From an uncultured bacterium (lineage in GTDB: Bacteria > Acidobacteriota > HRBIN11 > JAKEFK01): DNA of 64,000 nt. Under the pieces are notes generated by a model, which ran no database searches, was not told the origin of the DNA, and saw only the letters and a program-made list of their open reading frames with translations. The stretch spans positions 128,001 through 192,000 of the forward strand of contig CAVZQN010000008.1 in assembly GCA_963777505.1 (NCBI GenBank), in the 5' to 3' direction. Below, piece by piece: positions 60,831-64,000 of this stretch (position 1 is its first letter; every line of letters starts with the position of its first letter). The translations under genes and the position numbers were made by a program.

Positions 60831-62914
60831 TGTTGCATGTGTCGTAAGCGATCGAGAGACAATCGTACATGAAGTTGATCGATTTCGGTAAGGTTATAAT
60901 TCCCGAATCTTGTACGGTAAAACAAATTCGTAATTTGATCGAGGTCCTTTCTGACATCTTGGGGAATCGTGGTTTGAATTGATTCCATAAACTCGGCAGG
61001 TGTTGAGTTTGCATCACGGATGAAGCCTCTCCGTTCCAAAATAGACAGCATTTCCTGATAAAACAGAATTGGACTCCGGCTGATTTTTCTCGCACGCCGT
61101 CTCCGAAGAACGAGGCGCAAGGCAATTCCCATTGCGACAAGAGCAGTAACAACGATTGCAATGATTTCTCTATTTGTTTTCCACCACGCTGTTAAGCTTT
61201 CTAAAATTCCAAGGGGACGATCCTTTTCGGCTGCCACTTGCGTCTTCAATTCACGGTAGCGATCCCGAACTGCACTAAATGCATCCAGCTGATCCTGGCC
61301 GGAATAAATCAGAATGTAACGGTCCCAAAAAAAGTTAATCGATTCCATAATCTTGCGGAAATCCATTTGCCAGAATCCGGAATTCGATACAAGCAATTCC
61401 GGTCTTGGCGATGGATCAAATGCTACCCATGTGCCGTCTAAATATACTTCCACCCAGGAATGAGCATCGCTGTTAAGAACGACATAAAAGCCGCCAAGCT
61501 CGTTGTACTCACCTTCCAAAAATCCGTGCACAATGCGAGCTGGAATATTAATGTGCCGTAAAAGAATAACCATACTTGTAGCAAAATATTCACAATGTCC
61601 CGATTTAGTGTCGAAAAGAAATTTTGAAACCGGATCCTTTCGATCTTGAGCGATGTTCGTCAATGAATACGCATAATTACTTTCTAAATGGCGCTTAACA
61701 GCCATGACTTTGTCAAAGGTGGATGATTCATCGTTTGTTATTGAACGCGCCAGCTCTTCAATTCTTGAGGAACGTTTCGGAAGCTGAAGTTGATACCTGA
61801 GGATCGGCTCGGGCAAGGGCTTGCTCTCAGCAGAACGCAAACTTTCAATGGATGGCCGTATCGGACTACTGAATACCTCGTATGATTGAGCACGTCCCAT
61901 CGCCATTAATGATCCATTTGTATCCCGGCTCACTTCACCGAAATTTCCTTTGAGTTTCAAAATTCGATCAAGTCCAAAAATGACACGAGTGTCTAGCGGT
62001 TCCATATAAAACTCTTGATGAACCAATTGCGTATCATTTCCGATATATCTTGAAGAATGAAAAACCCCTTCACTATGTTTTCTTAAAAAACGGTTTCCTG
62101 GATAACCCGTACTCCAGGTTTTGCCGTCATAGTGGTCGTAGGAAATTCCACGCCAGTAGTAACGATAGTTAGGATCCGTATTTACCGGTGTGACTTTCAC
62201 ACGCATCGCTACATCCGTATTTTCTTGAATACTTGCGATGTCTCCAAGACTCACTTTCTGTGAAAAACCACTAACATGCTGAGCTTTTCCAGAAGTAAAT
62301 TCACCTAAATATCCGAGCTGCATACGAGGGAGAATAAAAAAGATCATAAGAGCGATCGCAAATGTTAAAAAGCCTGCAACCAGCATGCTGAAAACATACC
62401 AACCACTAAAGAGAGAAAAAGGAAACTGTTTTGAATCATCCTGCTGCCATTCCTGAAAAAGTGTTAGCGAAACAATGTTCCAAATAAGCATCAAGATATA
62501 GCCAACAATCATGTAAAACATTTCGATTTCAACGCTCAATGATGATGCTGCAAGAACGGTTAGAAAAGTAAGCAGGTAAAGCTGGTAGTAGTCTCGAATG
62601 GAATACAGGTTAAACATTTTGTTGATCAAAATGAAAATGAATAAATGTACGAGTGCGGGAGCAAGTGCTTGCGAAATTTTCAACAGATCAAAAAAGAAAA
62701 ATATCAAATAGCCGAATGAAGCGATTTCCCAAATGCTGGTTCGCGCGGAAGATGGCTTCTTGAACCATGCCAGCACTAACGCGCCAGTCAGCACCAAAGC
62801 AGATCCGGCCATCCGTTGTGTTAAGGCGAGTGACAGCGCACTCGCTGCAACAAGCATAAATCCGCCAAGACGAACGGAACGCTGAACCTGCTGAAAGTTT
62901 AATGTTTCCTTCAT
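60827..62914 (-). CDS. TgpA-like DUF3488 plus transglutaminase membrane protein
   Basis: N-terminal TMs, YWRG..YDGKTW, GHCEYFATSM, DAHSWVEVY, FDPSP. Confidence 0.9.
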   Translation of the reverse strand: MKETLNFQQVQRSVRLGGFMLVAASALSLALTQRMAGSALVLTGALVLAWFKKPSSARTSIWEIASFGYLIFFFFDLLKISQALAPALVHLFIFILINKMFNLYSIRDYYQLYLLTFLTVLAASSLSVEIEMFYMIVGYILMLIWNIVSLTLFQEWQQDDSKQFPFSLFSGWYVFSMLVAGFLTFAIALMIFFILPRMQLGYLGEFTSGKAQHVSGFSQKVSLGDIASIQENTDVAMRVKVTPVNTDPNYRYYWRGISYDHYDGKTWSTGYPGNRFLRKHSEGVFHSSRYIGNDTQLVHQEFYMEPLDTRVIFGLDRILKLKGNFGEVSRDTNGSLMAMGRAQSYEVFSSPIRPSIESLRSAESKPLPEPILRYQLQLPKRSSRIEELARSITNDESSTFDKVMAVKRHLESNYAYSLTNIAQDRKDPVSKFLFDTKSGHCEYFATSMVILLRHINIPARIVHGFLEGEYNELGGFYVVLNSDAHSWVEVYLDGTWVAFDPSPRPELLVSNSGFWQMDFRKIMESINFFWDRYILIYSGQDQLDAFSAVRDRYRELKTQVAAEKDRPLGILESLTAWWKTNREIIAIVVTALVAMGIALRLVLRRRRARKISRSPILFYQEMLSILERRGFIRDANSTPAEFMESIQTTIPQDVRKDLDQITNLFYRTRFGNYNLTEIDQLHVRLSLDRLRHMQQ

Positions 62915-64000
62915 AATTCTTTAACGGAATCTAACATTGGGAAATCTTCGATCCATACAATCCGTGATCTTGGCCAATCCACTGTCATGGAAGGAGTAAT
63001 CGATCGAGAACGGATAACCAATACAACTGCTTCTTCATTTGATGGTCTTCGAAAATTTCCTGAAGGGGGTGTCAGCCTGAGCTCTGAAAGATAATCAAGC
63101 AATTGAGTAAGCGTGGCTTCACCACCACCAATTTCAAATGTGGAATCAGGAAAAGAGAACATTGCACGATATCCTTTCTCTAAAGCTTTAAATGCGATCG
63201 ATGCTAAAACACTGATCCCTTTTTCCTGTGCGATTGACTTGCCTGATCCTCCTGGAAAACAATCGAAGTACACTGTAAAGTCCAAGCTCTGATCGCGCTG
63301 AAACTCCTTTACAAGAAACTTTTCTATTTTCGCGCTTGCTTTCCAATGGATTCTTTTGCTGGAGTCCATAGGTTTGTAATCACGCAAATGGAGTAACTGT
63401 GGACTTTCGCCCCTGTAGGGTGATTCTTTTGCGAAACCATCACTAAAACGCGCAAGCGCATCATCGGCGATTTTGTAAATTTTTGGATAAACACGAATCG
63501 TTTGGTTTACAGTTAAACGCCGAACCTTAATGAAAAACGAAAACGGAAATTTCGTCCTGAGCTCTATTTCTGACAATCGATATGTTCCACGTTGCGGAAA
63601 TAGTACATTGAGAAATGCAACGACCTTCGCTGCAGCGGGAATATAAAAGAAGTATTTGTCTGCTGAGGGAAATCCTTTGTCTCTCAAAGCGAATCGTACC
63701 CCGATCGAGGGCAACCGCGTTTTATGATTCACAACTGAAACAAAACAGTTTGCTGGAACTTCTGAAAAAATATGCGAAGGAAATTCAATAACACTCGAAA
63801 TTCCATTCAAAATTCGCCGGCTCATAATTCCAGAAACAACAATGAGTCCCAGCATCAGGGAAAAAATCAGATACAAAATGTTGTTCCCCGTATTGACCGC
63901 AGCAGCGCCTATGGCGAGAGAAAGAAAAATAAAGATCAAACCTTCACGGGTAAATTCAACGGTTACCGGTAAACGAGGGAGCCGGATTCTTAGAAATTCA
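62911..64000 (-). CDS. DUF58 protein (5'-truncated by window)
   Basis: AAVNTGNN, FPFSF, LRDY..D....IHWKASAK..VKEF; frame open to window end. Confidence 0.88.
   Translation of the reverse strand, partial: EFLRIRLPRLPVTVEFTREGLIFIFLSLAIGAAAVNTGNNILYLIFSLMLGLIVVSGIMSRRILNGISSVIEFPSHIFSEVPANCFVSVVNHKTRLPSIGVRFALRDKGFPSADKYFFYIPAAAKVVAFLNVLFPQRGTYRLSEIELRTKFPFSFFIKVRRLTVNQTIRVYPKIYKIADDALARFSDGFAKESPYRGESPQLLHLRDYKPMDSSKRIHWKASAKIEKFLVKEFQRDQSLDFTVYFDCFPGGSGKSIAQEKGISVLASIAFKALEKGYRAMFSFPDSTFEIGGGEATLTQLLDYLSELRLTPPSGNFRRPSNEEAVVLVIRSRSITPSMTVDWPRSRIVWIEDFPMLDSVKEL

Noticed and set aside
1-64000. CRISPR array, tRNA/rRNA, prophage, IS transposase or defence island
   Set aside because: No regularly spaced repeats, cloverleaf motifs or matching ORFs were seen by eye; tRNAscan-SE and Infernal would be needed to exclude them fully.

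Overview
Densely coding, moderately AT-rich bacterial chromosome segment. It is probably Acidobacteriota-like; this is inferred from an ADOP-type duplicated permease and two VWFA-related Acidobacterial-domain genes. It carries the 3' part of mfd plus a surA-like gene, several secreted peptidases (M3-like, a large M4/M36-like, S9, S46), a YtrA/GntR-ABC operon, two Hanks-type Ser/Thr kinases, queF, an aromatic supraoperon (trpE-G-D-CF-B-A-aroH-aroF-tyrA), suhB, a UbiD decarboxylase, AlaX, a ferredoxin and a DUF58/transglutaminase/HEAT-cyclophilin operon. I found no rRNA, tRNA, CRISPR array or transposase. The main non-coding signals are: (1) an unannotated Trp+Tyr leader peptide (MIYCSTINHYYWWYRY) with a full attenuator; (2) a strand-specific 17-nt motif right after many stop codons; (3) GTAG-type REPs, one of which now encodes the TrpC-TrpF linker; (4) two near-identical sigma54 promoters; (5) two identically built BlaI-like double-operator promoters; (6) a perfect 4-way-junction RNA candidate. 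About ten frameshifts, several in short homopolymers, suggest long-read indel errors. All product calls come from motif recognition by eye; no database searches were run.
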